Assembly (NCBI GenBank): GCA_002748015.1
Contig: PDRH01000025.1
Location: forward strand, 1 to 34,999
Source: Bacteroidota bacterium
GTDB lineage: Bacteria; Bacteroidota; Bacteroidia; Bacteroidales; CAJPTX01
Direction of reading: 5' to 3'
DNA length: 34,999 bases
In this document: positions 1 through 9,077 of the stretch, piece after piece
Numbering within the stretch: position 1 is the stretch's first letter
How the letters are laid out: every line of letters starts with the position of its first letter
Notes under the pieces: generated by a model
Databases searched by the model: none
What the model was told of the DNA's origin: nothing
Seen by the model: only the letters and a program-made list of their open reading frames with translations
Position numbers and translations under genes: made by a program

Positions 1-435
1 GCGGTCGGAAAGAAAACCCACTATGCAAGCCTCGTCCAGCAGAAGGCAAACGAACTCGGCGTAGGCCATAGGCTACACCTCTACCACCAGGTTAGCACCA
101 AGGACCTCCCGGGCATATTCGCTGGTGCAGAGCTATTTGTATACCCTAGCCGGCTCGAGGGATTTGGCATACCACTCCTCGAAGCGCTCAACGCACGAAT
201 ACCCGTAATCGGCGCAACAGGATCATGCCTCGAGGAGGCCGGTGGCCCAGCAAGCCTCTACACCGACCCGGACGACCCCGAAATGCTCGCCACCCTCATG
301 ACCCGTATCCTCACCGAGAAAGGCCTACGCGAGCACATGGTAGAGCAAGGGCTACAGCACGCCAAGCGCTTCGAGGAGCAACGCCTCGCCAACGACCTCA
401 TAGCCGTATACGAGCAAATCCTAGCACAGCCCTAA
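1..435 (+). CDS. Glycosyltransferase family 4 (GT-B), C-terminal fragment; the 5' end lies outside the window
   Basis: Frame 1 is open from base 1 to TAA at 433-435. It is absent from the ORF track because there is no start codon in the window. The translation ...AELFVYPSRLEGFGIPLLEALNARIPVIGATGSCLEEAGGPASLYTDPDD... carries the typical GT4 C-terminal EGFG...E motif. Confidence 0.8.
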   Translation, partial: AVGKKTHYASLVQQKANELGVGHRLHLYHQVSTKDLPGIFAGAELFVYPSRLEGFGIPLLEALNARIPVIGATGSCLEEAGGPASLYTDPDDPEMLATLMTRILTEKGLREHMVEQGLQHAKRFEEQRLANDLIAVYEQILAQP

Positions 436-446
436 TCCTTCCCCCA

Positions 447-2393
447 ATGAAGCGCTTCCGGCTAACCCTAGAGTACCTACTCGGGGTGCAACTACTCGGA
501 CTCATCGCCCTATCCCTATTCCGGACCGTCGAATACATCCACCTACACCACATGGTGCAGGAGCAGGAGGCCTCCGTCGCCAGGGCATTCCTACACGGCC
601 TCTGGTTCGACAACGTCATCGCATGCTACCTCATGCTGCTACCCCTAGCCGTCCTGGGGCTAACCGGAGCCCTCGGCAGCTATAGCCGAACCCTAAGGCG
701 CGGCGCCAGCCTCTGGTTCTGCATCCTCTACCCCATTGCCTTCGTCTTCTCTGCCGCCAACATACCCTACTTCGAACACTTCGTCAAGAACATCAACTCC
801 GGCGTACTCGAGTGGGCCGGCTACCTCGGCACCACCGCCGGCATGCTCCTGCAGGAAACCTCCTTCCTCGTATGGATAGCCCTCTACCTCCTGGTCACCC
901 TGGCCTTCATCTGGCTCATGCGACGCCTACGACGGCGCTACGACCAGCGCATGGCCAGCGCACGGAAAAACCGCCACCCCCGCACCACCTGGCTTCAGCG
1001 CGGCGCAAGGGCATCGATGGCCCTCCTCCTCATCGGCATCTGCGTCCTCGGCATCAGGGGACGAATCGGCACTACCCCCATCCGCGCCAGCACCGTCTAC
1101 TACTGCAACGACACCTTCCTCAACCAGCTCGGCATAAACCCCGCATTCAATTTCCTCTATAGCCTCAAGGAGGACCACAAGAGCCAGAATGCGCGCATAG
1201 CCCTCATGGACGATGCCAAGGCCCTCAGGCTCGCCCAGCAGGAATACCGAGTACCCAATTCCACGGACAGCATCCACCCCCTCCGGCGCCACATCAGCAA
1301 CCCCGGCGAAGTGCAACGCACCAACGTCGTCCTCATCCTCATGGAGAGCATGTCCGCCAACTACCTCAAGCGCTTCGGACAGCAGAAAAACCTCACCCCC
1401 AACATCGATAGCCTTTACAACGCATCCCTCGCCTTCACCAACTTCTACTCCACCGGCATACACACCAACCAGGGCCTAACCGGACTACTCTATAGCTTCC
1501 CAGCCCTCCTCAAGCGAAACATGATGAAGGGCATCGTCCCCCGAAAAGTCAGCGGCCTACCCACGGTACTCGCCGAGAACGGATGGCAAACCCTCATATT
1601 CATACCCCACGAAGCCCAGTACGACAACATGAACGCCTTCCTGCGCAACAACGGAATGGAACAGGTCTACGAGCAGGCCGACTACCCCAGCGAGGAAATC
1701 GTCAGCAACTTCGGCGTACCCGACCACTACCTCTTCCAGTATAGCATAGAAACCCTACGCCAGAAGGCCAAGGCCGACAAACCCTTCTTCGCCACCATCC
1801 TCACCGTCAGCAACCACGAACCCTTCGTCATACCCGACTGGTTCAAGTCCCAGTACACCGACCCCAAGGACCAAATCGTAGCCTACGCCGACTGGTGCAT
1901 CGGCGATTTCCTCCGCAAGGCCCAGAAGGAAGCCTGGTACGACAACACCATCTTCGTCATCTGCGCCGACCACGGCATACTCGTCGACGGCAACATCGAC
2001 GCCGAAATGCCCCAGAGCTACAACCACATCGCCATGCTCATGCTCGGCAAGGGCATACAGCCACGCCTATACGCTGGCCTCGGCATGCAGGAGGACGTAA
2101 TGCCTACCCTCCTCGGCATGCTCAACATCAGCTACACCTACGACGGCTTCGGCGTAGACCTCCTCAGGACCAAGCGCAAGCGCGTATTCTACGTGGCCGA
2201 CGAGCAGGTCGCCGCGCGGGACAGCACCCACGTCAACGTATACTCCTCCACCCTCGACCGCTCCTTCCGCTACCACACCACACCCAACGGAGGCCTCACC
2301 CTCGCCGACAGCTGCCGCCCCGCCTTCGACTCCCTAGAGCAGTACAGCCGCGCCATGACGCAGGCCGCCCAGTGGGTATTCCTGCACGACTAG
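447..2393 (+). CDS. LTA-synthase-family membrane protein (N-terminal multi-TM region plus sulfatase / alkaline-phosphatase-superfamily domain)
   Basis: Track ORF 225..2393. I place the start at ATG 447 (MKRFRLTLEYLLGV...) because 225-446 overlaps the upstream GT4 gene and encodes Arg/Pro-rich junk. There are hydrophobic helices in the first ~250 aa, then NVVLILMESMSANY, TVSNHEPF and ICADHG sulfatase-domain motifs. Confidence 0.85.
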   Translation: MKRFRLTLEYLLGVQLLGLIALSLFRTVEYIHLHHMVQEQEASVARAFLHGLWFDNVIACYLMLLPLAVLGLTGALGSYSRTLRRGASLWFCILYPIAFVFSAANIPYFEHFVKNINSGVLEWAGYLGTTAGMLLQETSFLVWIALYLLVTLAFIWLMRRLRRRYDQRMASARKNRHPRTTWLQRGARASMALLLIGICVLGIRGRIGTTPIRASTVYYCNDTFLNQLGINPAFNFLYSLKEDHKSQNARIALMDDAKALRLAQQEYRVPNSTDSIHPLRRHISNPGEVQRTNVVLILMESMSANYLKRFGQQKNLTPNIDSLYNASLAFTNFYSTGIHTNQGLTGLLYSFPALLKRNMMKGIVPRKVSGLPTVLAENGWQTLIFIPHEAQYDNMNAFLRNNGMEQVYEQADYPSEEIVSNFGVPDHYLFQYSIETLRQKAKADKPFFATILTVSNHEPFVIPDWFKSQYTDPKDQIVAYADWCIGDFLRKAQKEAWYDNTIFVICADHGILVDGNIDAEMPQSYNHIAMLMLGKGIQPRLYAGLGMQEDVMPTLLGMLNISYTYDGFGVDLLRTKRKRVFYVADEQVAARDSTHVNVYSSTLDRSFRYHTTPNGGLTLADSCRPAFDSLEQYSRAMTQAAQWVFLHD

Positions 2394-2656
2394 GATTTAC
2401 CCCACTTGCTCGACTCCAGCGGGGCATTCCGGAAATCACCCGTAAGAAGCTCTGCCTCCAAATACGAGAACACATAGCCAGCACTCTGGTAGTACAACCC
2501 CGTCTCCACATCCATCACCTTATCGAGTACCTGCGAGGTATACAGAGCATCCATCGCCCCCGAAATACTATAGCCCAAACGCTCCACCAGCAGAGCTATC
2601 AGGTCTGCAGCCATATCCTCCTGCATGCGAGCAATCTCCTTTGATGTAAGCCTCAT
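2390..2656 (-). CDS. DUF3791-like small protein
   Basis: 88-aa ORF, MRLTSKEIARMQEDMAADLIALLVERLGYSISGAMDALYTSQVLDKV... Its ATG (2654-2656) overlaps the TGA of the upstream DUF3990 frame (ATGA). This is the typical Bacteroidales partner of DUF3990. Confidence 0.65.
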   Translation of the reverse strand: MRLTSKEIARMQEDMAADLIALLVERLGYSISGAMDALYTSQVLDKVMDVETGLYYQSAGYVFSYLEAELLTGDFRNAPLESSKWGKS

Positions 2657-3142
2657 TGTAGCACTAGCATTTCTACGGCACGCGCAGTGCCAAAATAGTA
2701 CTGATACGTTACGCCTTTGGCGTACTGCAGCTTTCGCACAAGCGCATCTACATCTTGCTCGCCCTCCAAAAAACTACGTATCTGCAACGAGACCCAATCA
2801 TCAGCTATAGGTCCATAAACCACATCATAGCCATGCTCGGGCGACTCCCTCGTTTACATCCCTATTCTCCGCAACAAAGCGAGCCCAAGCCGCACTGTAC
2901 CCCTCAAATATCAAACAATTCAGATCCCCGGAAGAAAGCAGCCTCTCATCGAAGGAAAAACATGTAACCTCCGGAGTCCCTTCACCTGCTAACGCAAATA
3001 CCCGCTGGGCCATTCGCTCTGCTTGCCTACGATCTGCCGTTAGATAAAATCCACGCCCAAAATCCTTAAAGGGCTTCGAACATGCCAAATCTACCACCTC
3101 TACCCGCACATTAGAACCGTGGTAGAGCTGCATAACCATCAT
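2653..3142 (-). pseudogene. DUF3990-family protein, interrupted by a frameshift
   Basis: The N-terminal frame (track ORF 2825..3142: MMVMQLYHGSN...FGRGFYLT...FVAENRDVNE) stops at 2825. A second frame opens at ~2855 and reads ...SPEHGYDVVYGPIADDWVSLQIRSFLEGEQDVDALVRKLQYAKGVTYQYYFGTARAVEMLVLQ* to TGA at 2653-2655. ATG to that stop is 490 nt, which is not a multiple of 3. The shift lies near the C/G run at 2843-2853. Confidence 0.65.
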
Positions 3143-3365
3143 ACATTAGAAAGCCACCATGCCGCTGGCAAATCACGCTCAAATCGCTAAGAACCTCCGC
3201 AAAGGAAAGCGTATGGAGAACCTCATAGTGCTCCTCCACGTAGTCCATGCCCCCAAACCGCTTGAGATACAGATATGCACGCCCGGGCGCAAGACCATAG
3301 AGCTTAGCAAACTCTGAAATCAACGCCACCATGTACCGAATTCGCCCCACCTGTTCACGCTCCAT
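3111..3365 (-). CDS. DUF3791-like small protein (second copy)
   Basis: Track ORF 3111..3407. The start is placed at ATG 3363-3365 (MEREQVGRIRYMVALISEFAKLYGLAPGRAYLYLKRFGGMDYVEEHYEVLHTLSF...) because a TAnnTTTG box lies at 3397-3404. The 3' end overlaps the DUF3990 start by 32 nt. Confidence 0.6.
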   Translation of the reverse strand: MEREQVGRIRYMVALISEFAKLYGLAPGRAYLYLKRFGGMDYVEEHYEVLHTLSFAEVLSDLSVICQRHGGFLMYDGYAALPRF

Positions 3366-3396
3366 AGGCCAGCCCCCATTTGAATTACAACCTTTG

Positions 3397-3404
3397 CAAA
3401 GGTA
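3397..3404 (-). promoter_or_regulatory. Bacteroidota sigma-A -7 box (TAnnTTTG)
   Basis: The minus strand reads TTTTTGTACCTTTGCAAAGG; TACCTTTG lies ~30 nt upstream of ATG 3365. Confidence 0.4.
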
Positions 3405-3416
3405 CAAAAATAACGC

Positions 3417-4526
3417 CTACCCTCCGAAGTACACCCCCACCACCCGCTCAAAGAACCTCTCATAGGTCAAAAGCCCCTCGAAGTACACCCTACCCGCGCG
3501 CCCCATAGCCTCACGCCGACCCGCATCCGCCAGGAGCTCCCCTATGGCATGCGCCAGAGCCTCCGCATCGCCTGGCGGCACCAGCACCCCGGCCTCCGAT
3601 GACACGATCTCCCCCTGCGCACCACCGTTGCTAGCTATCTGCGGCTTGCCGGCCGCCAGGTAGTCCATGCAGGAGAGCGGACAGGCCTCCCGCGCCAGCG
3701 AGGGGAGCACCCCTATATCCGCCTGTGCCAGGTAGGGGAAGACCGGCGATTGGAAGCCCAGGAAATCCACCCGTCCAGATAGCCCCTGTCGCTCTATCTC
3801 CGCTCTTAACCCGCCTACGTACCCCTCATCCCCGCTACCCAGCAGGAAGAGATGGTAATCATCAGCCTGCAGCAAGCCCAGAGCCTCTATCAGCACATGG
3901 AGACCCTTCTCCTCGCATAGCCGCCCATGCGACATCAGGATAGGCCGACCAGCAGGAACACCATACTCCCGCCGCAACTCGGGCGCATCAAACGCCCCTT
4001 CCGGAAGGAATACCCCATTATGAACTACAGAATGCGGCCCATCAAAAGCCCCCACCCCCGATAGGAACACCGACTGCGCCAACTCCGACACGAAGATGAT
4101 GTGGTCCAGCTGCCTATACAGCCAGCGGTAGTGCGGCGACTTCTTCCCCCGCTTCACCAGGTGGCGCGTCAGGATTATTCTGCAACGCCTATGCCCCGCA
4201 ATCCGCCGGGCCAGCGCCGCCGTGAAGGCCGTCTTGAAGTTGTGCGCATGGAGTATCACCCCCTCCTCCGCACGCAGTAGACGCGCCAGGGCCACCGCGC
4301 TCCTAATGTCTAATAGCCCTTTCAGGCCAAGAGTATGCACCGGTGTTCCCAGCTCCTGCAGCCGCTCCACCACGGCAGGATAGGGCGCGGCTACAAGCGT
4401 TACACCGTAGCCCTCTGCTAGCAAACGCCGGGAGAGATCGTAGGCGTACTGCTCCCCCCCGCCCCAGCTCGGGTTGGCCACCAGCTGGAACACCCGCCAG
4501 CTACCACTCCCCACGCTCACGCCCAT
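3417..4526 (-). CDS. Glycosyltransferase family 4
   Basis: 369-aa ORF with ...NPSWGGGEQYAYDLSRRL... at the N-terminus and a GT-B C-terminal half (LGFQSPVFPYLAQADIGVLPSLAREACPLSCMDYLAAGKPQIASNGGAQGEIV). ATG 4526 overlaps the GT2 gene by 26 nt; an alternative GTG at 4491-4493 (VFQLVANP...) avoids the overlap. Confidence 0.85.
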   Translation of the reverse strand: MGVSVGSGSWRVFQLVANPSWGGGEQYAYDLSRRLLAEGYGVTLVAAPYPAVVERLQELGTPVHTLGLKGLLDIRSAVALARLLRAEEGVILHAHNFKTAFTAALARRIAGHRRCRIILTRHLVKRGKKSPHYRWLYRQLDHIIFVSELAQSVFLSGVGAFDGPHSVVHNGVFLPEGAFDAPELRREYGVPAGRPILMSHGRLCEEKGLHVLIEALGLLQADDYHLFLLGSGDEGYVGGLRAEIERQGLSGRVDFLGFQSPVFPYLAQADIGVLPSLAREACPLSCMDYLAAGKPQIASNGGAQGEIVSSEAGVLVPPGDAEALAHAIGELLADAGRREAMGRAGRVYFEGLLTYERFFERVVGVYFGG

Positions 4527-5262
4527 CTATTATCTTCGAGACTATCATGAACTGGTAGCTCGCTTCCATCAGCGCCTTGATCAGCCCGGCACGCCCATCC
4601 CGTATAGCCCCCTTCAGGAAGTAGATCTTGAAGAAGCGGAACAGCGGACGGTAGAACAAAGCCCCAGTCCCGTAGCGTTTCTCCCTACGGCGGTAGGCAT
4701 CGTTATCCGTATACCGGCACATCTTCACCCACTGCTCCGCTACGGTCTCGTCCACCACATGCAGCAGGGCCAGATCCCTACGCTTTCGTGGCATGTACTC
4801 CACCCGCCCATCTATCTGCGGCATGGAGTGAATGGTAGGCGGCCAGTCCGCCACCTCCCGCCGGAAGAAGCGCAGTATGTAGTCCGGGTAGTAGCAATGC
4901 ATGAAGCGGCGCATGAAGAAATTCTGGCGCGCAAGCCAAAGCCCATCCGGGCAGGCATCTCCCCCCGCCAAGCTATACAGGTACTCACGCAAGGCCGCCG
5001 GCACCACCTCATCAGCATCTATCACCAGCACATACGGGTGTGAAGCCGACTGGATGGCGAAGTTCCGCGCCGGCTCCGGAATGGTGTGATTACCCTTCGG
5101 AAAGGTAACCACCCTGCAACCGTAGCGCGCCGCTATCTCCCGCGTCGAATCCGTCGATTCCATATCGCAGATAACGACCTCATCGAAGTCCACCACCGAG
5201 TCGAGCGCCTCGGCCAGGTAGCACTCCGCATTGTAGGTATTAATTACTACCGAAATCTTCAT
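4501..5262 (-). CDS. Glycosyltransferase family 2
   Basis: 253 aa. MKISVVINTYNAECYLAEALDSV...VICDMESTDSTREIAARYG...VLVIDADE is the GT-A fold signature, including the DxD-like DAD. Confidence 0.85.
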   Translation of the reverse strand: MKISVVINTYNAECYLAEALDSVVDFDEVVICDMESTDSTREIAARYGCRVVTFPKGNHTIPEPARNFAIQSASHPYVLVIDADEVVPAALREYLYSLAGGDACPDGLWLARQNFFMRRFMHCYYPDYILRFFRREVADWPPTIHSMPQIDGRVEYMPRKRRDLALLHVVDETVAEQWVKMCRYTDNDAYRRREKRYGTGALFYRPLFRFFKIYFLKGAIRDGRAGLIKALMEASYQFMIVSKIIDGRERGEW

Positions 5263-5294
5263 CCGCCCATCGCTATGGCTAAACGCCCATGGTA

Positions 5295-5340
5295 CAAAAA
5301 ATGCCAGCCCGCAACGCAGTCTCCCGGGTCGCAGGCTGGC
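5295..5340 (-). terminator. Possible intrinsic terminator after valS
   Basis: The minus strand reads GCCAGCC...(24-nt interior)...GGCTGGC followed by ATTTTTTG. The outer stem is 5303-5309 / 5334-5340 and the T-run is the complement of 5295-5300. Confidence 0.4.
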
Positions 5341-5360
5341 ACAAGCTCATTTCGCACGGG

Positions 5361-7982
5361 CTACAGCCCCAGCTGGCCCTTCAGCGCGCTGATCTTCGCC
5401 TCCGCATCCGCCAGCTTACGACGCTCAGCCTCTACAACCGCCGCCGGAGCATTGTTCACAAAGCGCTCATTCGAGAGCTTCTTCAGCACTATATCCCGGA
5501 AGCCCTCATTATACTCCAGCTCCTTCTGCAGCTTGGCACGCTCCTCCTCCTCGTCCACCAAACCCGTCAGCGGCACGAAGAACTCCGTACGCCCCACCAG
5601 GAAGGACGATGCCCCATCGGGCGCACCCTCAGTTGCAGACAGCTCGCCGATGAAGCCCACGCCCCGCACGATATCCGCCCCCTGCTCCGACAGGCCCAGC
5701 TCCCCGCGGTAGAGCAGCTGCAGCGGCGCCTTAGGCGAAAGCCCCTTCGACTGGCGCACCGCCCGAACGCTCGCCACGATGTCCTTTATCCGCGCGTACT
5801 CCGCCAGCAGCTCCGCGCTCGCCGGCTGCACCTCCGGCATGGGCTGCACCATCAGGCTCTCCTCCTCGCGCCCGCTGCCCAGGTGGTGCCACAGCTCCTC
5901 CGTGATGAAGGGCATGAAGGGGTGCATCGCCGTCAGCAGCGTGTCGAATAGCCCCTGCACCTGCGCCAGCGTCTTCCCATCTATCTTCTCCCCGTAGGCC
6001 GGCTTCACCATCTCCAGCAACCAGGCCGAGAAATCATCCCAGAACAAGCGGTACAAATCCACCAGCGCCTCGGATATCCGATAGCCCTCGAAGTTCACCT
6101 CAACGCTGCCCAACACCTCATGCATCCGCGCCTCGAATAGCTCCACCGCCCGGGCAGATGCCGCCGGCTGCGCCTTCCCCTCGTCCACCTCCCAGCCCTT
6201 CACCAGGCGGAAGGCATTCCATATCTTATTGCAGAAGTTACGCCCCTGCTCGGTCAATGCCTCGTCGAACAGCAAATCGTTGCCCGCGGAGGAGCATAGC
6301 AGCATACCCACGCGCACACCGTCAGCACCGTACTTGTCCATCAGCACCAGCGGGTCCGGGCTGTTGCCCAGCGTCTTGCTCATCTTCCTATGCTGCTTGT
6401 CGCGCACTATGCCCGTTAGGTACACATTCGAGAAGGGCTTCTCCCCCTTGTACTCGTAGCCCATCATTATCATGCGCGCCACCCAGAAGAAGATAATCTC
6501 CGGCGCAGTAACCAAATCGTTCGTCGGGTAGTAGTACTTTACCTCCTCGTTCTCCGGGTCCAGGATACCGTTGAACAGCGACAGCGGCCACAGCCACGAC
6601 GAGAACCACGTATCCAGCACGTCCTCATCCTGCTTCAGGTCCTCCACCTTCAGCGACGGGTCGCCCGCCAGCTCCTGCGCCAGCGGCAAGGCCTTCTCCA
6701 CGCTCTCGGCCACCACGTAGCGCCCATCCGGCAGGTAGTAGGCCGGAATCCTATGCCCCCACCACAGCTGCCGCGAGATGCACCAGTCATGCACATTCTC
6801 CATCCAGTGGCGGTACATCCCCTGGAACTTCGGCGGAATCAGCGCGATATCCCCGCCCAGCACCGCCTCCAATGCGGGCTTCGACATCTGGTCCATGCGC
6901 AGGAACCACTGCGTCGAGAGCTTCGGCTCGATCGCCACATACGTCCGCTCGCTGAAGCCAACGCTATGCACGTAGTCCTCCACCTTCTCCATCAGGCCCG
7001 CATCCTCCAGATCCTGCACTATCTGCTTGCGCACATCGAAGCGGTCCATGCCCAGGTACAGGCCAGCCGCCTCATTGACCGTTCCATCATCGTTGAAGCA
7101 GTCGATGGACGGCAGGTTATGCTTCAGCCCGATGTTGTAGTCATTGATATCATGCGCCGGCGTAATCTTCAGCGCCCCCGTCCCGAACTCCAGGTCTACA
7201 TACGGGTCGAAGATCACCGGCACCTCCCGGTTCACCAGCGGCACTATCACCTTCTTGCCCTCGAGGTCCGCCCGCCGCGGATCCTTATCGTTCAGGCACA
7301 CGGCCACGTCCCCCATGATGGTCTCCGGGCGTGTCGTTGCCACAATCAGCGATGCATCCGAATCCACCACCCTGTAGCGCAGGTAGTAGAGCTTGCCGTC
7401 CACCTCCTTGTGCACAACCTCCTCATCCGAGAGGGCCGTCTGCGCCTTCGGATCCCAATTCACCATCCGCACCCCCTTGTAGATCTTCCCTTTGTTGTAG
7501 AGGTCGCAGAACACGTGGATCACGCTGTCCGACCGCACCTCGTCCATCGTGAAGGCCGTACGATCCCAGTCGCACGATGCCCCCAGCCGCTTGAGCTGCT
7601 CGAGGATGATACCCCCATGCTCATCCACCCACTCCCACACATGCTCGAGGAACTGCTCGCGCGTCAGCGAATTCTTCTCTATCCCCTTGCCGCGGAGCCG
7701 CTCCACCACCTTCGCCTCCGTGGCGATGGAGGCGTGGTCCGTCCCCGGCACCCAGCACGCATTGTACCCCTTCATCCGCGCGCGCCGGGTCAGCACGTCC
7801 TGCAGGGTGTTGTTGAGCATATGACCCATGTGGAGGATACCCGTCACGTTCGGCGGCGGAATAACTATGGTGTAGGGGGTTCGCCCATCCGGCACGGAGT
7901 GGAAGTAGCCCCTCTCCATCCAGGTCTGATACCATCTATCCTCTATGGCGCGCGGTTCGTACTTCGTCGAGAGCTCTTGCAT
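5361..7982 (-). CDS. valS: Valine--tRNA ligase
   Basis: 873 aa. Class-I HIGH motif ([16 protein letters not shown]), KMSKS ([10 protein letters not shown]), the editing domain and a C-terminal coiled coil ([21 protein letters not shown]). Confidence 0.97.
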   Translation of the reverse strand: MQELSTKYEPRAIEDRWYQTWMERGYFHSVPDGRTPYTIVIPPPNVTGILHMGHMLNNTLQDVLTRRARMKGYNACWVPGTDHASIATEAKVVERLRGKGIEKNSLTREQFLEHVWEWVDEHGGIILEQLKRLGASCDWDRTAFTMDEVRSDSVIHVFCDLYNKGKIYKGVRMVNWDPKAQTALSDEEVVHKEVDGKLYYLRYRVVDSDASLIVATTRPETIMGDVAVCLNDKDPRRADLEGKKVIVPLVNREVPVIFDPYVDLEFGTGALKITPAHDINDYNIGLKHNLPSIDCFNDDGTVNEAAGLYLGMDRFDVRKQIVQDLEDAGLMEKVEDYVHSVGFSERTYVAIEPKLSTQWFLRMDQMSKPALEAVLGGDIALIPPKFQGMYRHWMENVHDWCISRQLWWGHRIPAYYLPDGRYVVAESVEKALPLAQELAGDPSLKVEDLKQDEDVLDTWFSSWLWPLSLFNGILDPENEEVKYYYPTNDLVTAPEIIFFWVARMIMMGYEYKGEKPFSNVYLTGIVRDKQHRKMSKTLGNSPDPLVLMDKYGADGVRVGMLLCSSAGNDLLFDEALTEQGRNFCNKIWNAFRLVKGWEVDEGKAQPAASARAVELFEARMHEVLGSVEVNFEGYRISEALVDLYRLFWDDFSAWLLEMVKPAYGEKIDGKTLAQVQGLFDTLLTAMHPFMPFITEELWHHLGSGREEESLMVQPMPEVQPASAELLAEYARIKDIVASVRAVRQSKGLSPKAPLQLLYRGELGLSEQGADIVRGVGFIGELSATEGAPDGASSFLVGRTEFFVPLTGLVDEEEERAKLQKELEYNEGFRDIVLKKLSNERFVNNAPAAVVEAERRKLADAEAKISALKGQLGL

Positions 7983-8002
7983 TGATCGTCTATCTATCTA
8001 AG

Positions 8003-8038
8003 CCACAATGGCCCCACGGCGGAGTGAGGCCATTGTGG
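8003..8038 (-). other. Stem-loop (11-bp perfect stem) between the upstream gene stop and the valS start
   Basis: CCACAATGGCC (8003-8013) pairs with GGCCATTGTGG (8028-8038) around a 14-nt loop. No clear U-tract follows on the minus strand. Confidence 0.3.
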
Positions 8039-8064
8039 TGTGAAATTAATAATGGGGTTCTGTG

Positions 8065-8913
8065 CTATCGCTTATTCAGCCGCTTGAAGTCCTTCTTCAG
8101 CAACCCATCGCCCTTCTTGCTCGAGTAGTTGTGGTAGTCGAAGTAGTACATCCTGTCATCCCCTGCCCCCAGCAGCGCCTTGTACACGCGCGCCTTCGTC
8201 AGATGGCCCTCCGGCCCCACCTTGTGCAGGTACACCACATCCGTACGCTTTTCCTTGATGGCCTTCCGGATATCCTCCTTCGACACGATCCGCACCTTCC
8301 CCTTGTAGTACTTCCGGATCTTCGACACGCTGTTCACCTTCGAGGTCAGGTCCGACTTCACCAGCCATAGCTCCTTACCCTTGAGGCTCGGCAAATCCTT
8401 GTTGTAGATCAGCAACGGATTCTTCCCTATCTGCTCCGGGTGCTTCTGGAGGTACAGGATATGATGCTGCGCAAAGCGGAGTAGGCCCTCCAGCTTGTAC
8501 GCCCAGCTGTCCTGGTCCGAGCTCGCGTAGCCCAGGGGCATGGAGGCCAGCTCCGGCATGGCGTTCAGGTCGTCAGTCTTCGCCCCCCGCACGATTACCA
8601 TGAACTTGTAGGGCGCCTTGATCTTATCCTCCGGGAACTTGAACTTCATACGGATGATGAAGGACTTGTCCGGGTCATGGCGCATCTGCTCGAACTGCTG
8701 GTAGTTGATCACCTGGAAGGGCGTCAACGTCCACGACTGCCGCACGGCATCCGGCATCTTGAAGTTCCACTCGCTCATCTGGTTCTTGTGCAGCACCAGG
8801 TAGGTCGTGGATTTCAGGAAGGCATCGATGTCCGCCTTCGTCGTCGCGCGGGCCACCCCCACGCTCAGCAGCGCGAAGGCCAGCGCCATAAGGCCATAGG
8901 TAAATCGTTTCAT
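8065..8913 (-). CDS. Hypothetical secreted protein (signal peptide)
   Basis: 282-aa ORF with a signal-peptide-like N-terminus (MKRFTYGLMALAFALLSVGVARA|TT). The rest is Lys-rich and I recognise no family. A TAACTTTG box lies upstream. Confidence 0.6.
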   Translation of the reverse strand: MKRFTYGLMALAFALLSVGVARATTKADIDAFLKSTTYLVLHKNQMSEWNFKMPDAVRQSWTLTPFQVINYQQFEQMRHDPDKSFIIRMKFKFPEDKIKAPYKFMVIVRGAKTDDLNAMPELASMPLGYASSDQDSWAYKLEGLLRFAQHHILYLQKHPEQIGKNPLLIYNKDLPSLKGKELWLVKSDLTSKVNSVSKIRKYYKGKVRIVSKEDIRKAIKEKRTDVVYLHKVGPEGHLTKARVYKALLGAGDDRMYYFDYHNYSSKKGDGLLKKDFKRLNKR

Positions 8914-8956
8914 AGGAACTCTACATTTACAGGTTCAGTGCAGTGGCTTGCACCCA

Positions 8957-8964
8957 CAAAGTTA
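8957..8964 (-). promoter_or_regulatory. -7 box (TAnnTTTG)
   Basis: The minus strand reads GCTAACTTTGTGGG, ~45 nt upstream of ATG 8913. Confidence 0.35.
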
Positions 8965-9077
8965 GCATTTTTTCCACACTGCGCACATCTCCCCCAGCTC
9001 GGGCCAAGGGGGGGACGTAGCGAGCCACCCACTCATCAAAAGCCTAATTACTAGTAATCAAGAAGCTAGGACAGACA

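Noticed and set aside
225-446. N-terminal 74 codons of track ORF 225..2393
   Set aside because: These codons overlap the 3' end of the GT4 gene in another frame and encode Arg/Pro/His junk. The membrane protein starts sensibly at ATG 447, 12 nt after the GT4 stop.
6753-7985. A 410-aa ORF on the + strand, plus smaller ORFs between 5086 and 7935
   Set aside because: These lie entirely antisense to, or out of frame within, valS, whose identity is unambiguous. Their translations are Arg/His/Pro/Leu-rich with no motifs. They are typical shadow ORFs of a GC-rich gene.
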